Source: Nemertoderma westbladi | Taxonomy: Eukaryota; Animalia; Xenacoelomorpha | Length of the DNA stretch: 44,104 nt | Direction of reading: 5' to 3' | Assembly (NCBI GenBank): GCA_032718475.1 | Contig: JAUCBJ010008417.1 | Coordinates: 1 to 44,104, forward strand | Shown: one piece after another, positions 42,416-44,104 of the stretch | Layout of the letters: each line of letters opens with the position of its first letter | Numbering within the stretch: the first letter of the stretch is position 1 | Notes under the pieces: model-generated | Database searches by the model: none | What the model was told of the DNA's origin: nothing | The model's input: only the letters and a program-made list of their open reading frames with translations | Translations under genes and position numbers: made by a program

Positions 42416-44104
42416 TAATAGTACGTTAGAAGTAATTAATATTAATAGTACCGTAGTAGATAACCCTAATCCATTTATTACAGGAAATAATATTTTACCG
42501 GGTAGTAGTAATTTAAATTTAAATACAAATACTCTAAATAATAATTCCAATTCAAACCCGCAAAATAATTCGAATAATAATTTAAGTTTAGAGAATAGTA
42601 GTGATCTAAGTAATTTAAATAATTTAAATAATAATCCCGTTTCAAATTATTCAAATTCAAATTATTTAACCGTAATTCAATTAATCAAACCATGGTGTTC
42701 TAGGTTTTAAAACCTTGGTTTAAGGGACAAACCATGCTTTCATAGGTTTTTTAAACCTCGGTTTGAGAGATTAGCCATGAAATATAACCTTGGTATTTTG
42801 ATTTGTAACCCCATTCTGGTATGGTACCCAAATATAAAACCTTAATTTAATTAACTCAAACCATGGTTTCAGATACTTTAAAACCTTGTTTTTGAGAGAT
42901 TAACCACCGTTATTTGCTTGGAAAAGCGTCCTTGTAGATAGGATCATAATTAATGAAACAACGGTTCTATATGTTACTTTAACCTCCGGTTTCTTAAAAT
43001 AACCCCCGGTAGTTTTGGTGTAAAAATACCCAGGGTTATTTTAGAAAACCGGCGGTTTTTTTAGTTAAAACCAAGGTTTATCTTTTTCAGTGCAGTGCTA
43101 GTCCAGACTAGTGAATCCCATCATAATCTTGATCATTAGATACCCCCCATTATGTAAGTTATTTTTTTCTATTTTTTTTTATATGTTATTGTACGTTCCC
43201 ATTTTCTACCTGTCCACTTAAAACTCGTTTTTAGATCCATCATTATGGTAATATTGTAAAATATCAAGACTTGAAAGTATATATCAGTATATTGCTGTAG
43301 CAATAGCAGGAGGTTTAACCATAATATTATAAACTCACCATTATTATTAACAATGGCGTCAGGACAACAAGGAAATACTCCAGCGTTGTGACTTCCCTCC
43401 GATGTAAATATAGAAGGTACCGACAGCCCCCAGGGGACCTCAAGTGGAAAAAGAGCGAGCCAATATGGGAGTCACACCCCCCCCCCCCCCCCCCCCCCAA
43501 CAAAGGTGCTCATTACCCGTGGCTCCATTGGCGTAGGAACAGAAATTGACCCAGATCAAGCTACCCTGTTGAAGGATATTATCGAAACAATGGTAACCAT
43601 AGATGAATGGGTAAATATTAAGGCATGGATAACCAGTTTAAGAGGTTGGCCACAGGATGTCAAATAAAAACGGGTATCCGGTTATGAATTTTTAATGTCG
43701 TTCTCACGGGCCATAATGGCACTCATCTGTATGAAGGGAGAAAACAAGCCATTGTTTGAAACAGGTATTGATTCGTTGACACTAGTCAAAAGAGCCTGGG
43801 GGCTCATAAGAGTTGTAGGGGGGAACCCTCAGGTTATTGTACCAAAAACCAAACTTAAAGTGCCTAACGCCAAAACTAAGTGGCAAGCAGGTAAAACGGA
43901 TGAAGACAGGACCAACGAGGTTAATCCCCAATTAACCTCGTATCACACACCCAATAAACGGGGACAACAAACCCCGAAGGGCCACACAAAGGGAGGTCAG
44001 AGGTTAAACCTCTGGGAGAGGAAAGTGACAGCAGCGAGGGGGGAAACACTCCCACAGAGGTGGGAGCCGAGAATTAGGTTATTGGCCAATCAGAGCCAAA
44101 GTAA

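Larger units (their letters stand above)
34956..44104 (+). repeat. Tandem segmental duplication: unit 34956-39540 repeated at 39541-44104+
   Basis: Offset 4585 before and 4574 after an 11-bp net indel; about 7 substitutions seen. Confidence 0.98.

Overview
Eukaryotic, AT-rich, probably invertebrate genomic DNA made almost entirely of nested mobile elements; I recognise no ordinary host gene. Left to right: (1) the 5' half of a minus-strand BEL/Pao-like LTR retrotransposon. Its 1.29-kb LTR (1676-2965) holds six repeated hairpins that fold on the sense strand as kink-turn-like motifs, five of them capped by a cUUCGg tetraloop. (2) Fragments of hAT-like, LINE, EnSpm/CACTA, RTE, Crypton and BEL elements, plus an apparently intact 3.66-kb Kolobok-type transposon (TTAA TSD, 19-bp TIRs) splitting an hAT-like transposase. 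(3) A ~14-kb, partly decayed Polinton/Maverick (adintovirus-like) element at about 21.5-35.8 kb, with pPolB, packaging ATPase, integrase-chromodomain, two minor capsid genes, core proteins and major capsid. It also carries three unusual accessory genes: a TATA-binding-protein (TBP)-like ORF, a possible PC4-like ORF and a dUTPase with degenerate catalytic motifs. (4) The major capsid gene is cut by a second BEL/Pao-like LTR insertion, and a ~4.58-kb block (capsid 5' part + LTR + gag + flank) is tandemly duplicated to the window end. Best leads for a new system: the TBP(+PC4) module in the Polinton and the K-turn/UUCG array in the LTR. All family calls come from motifs recognised by eye; no database search was run.
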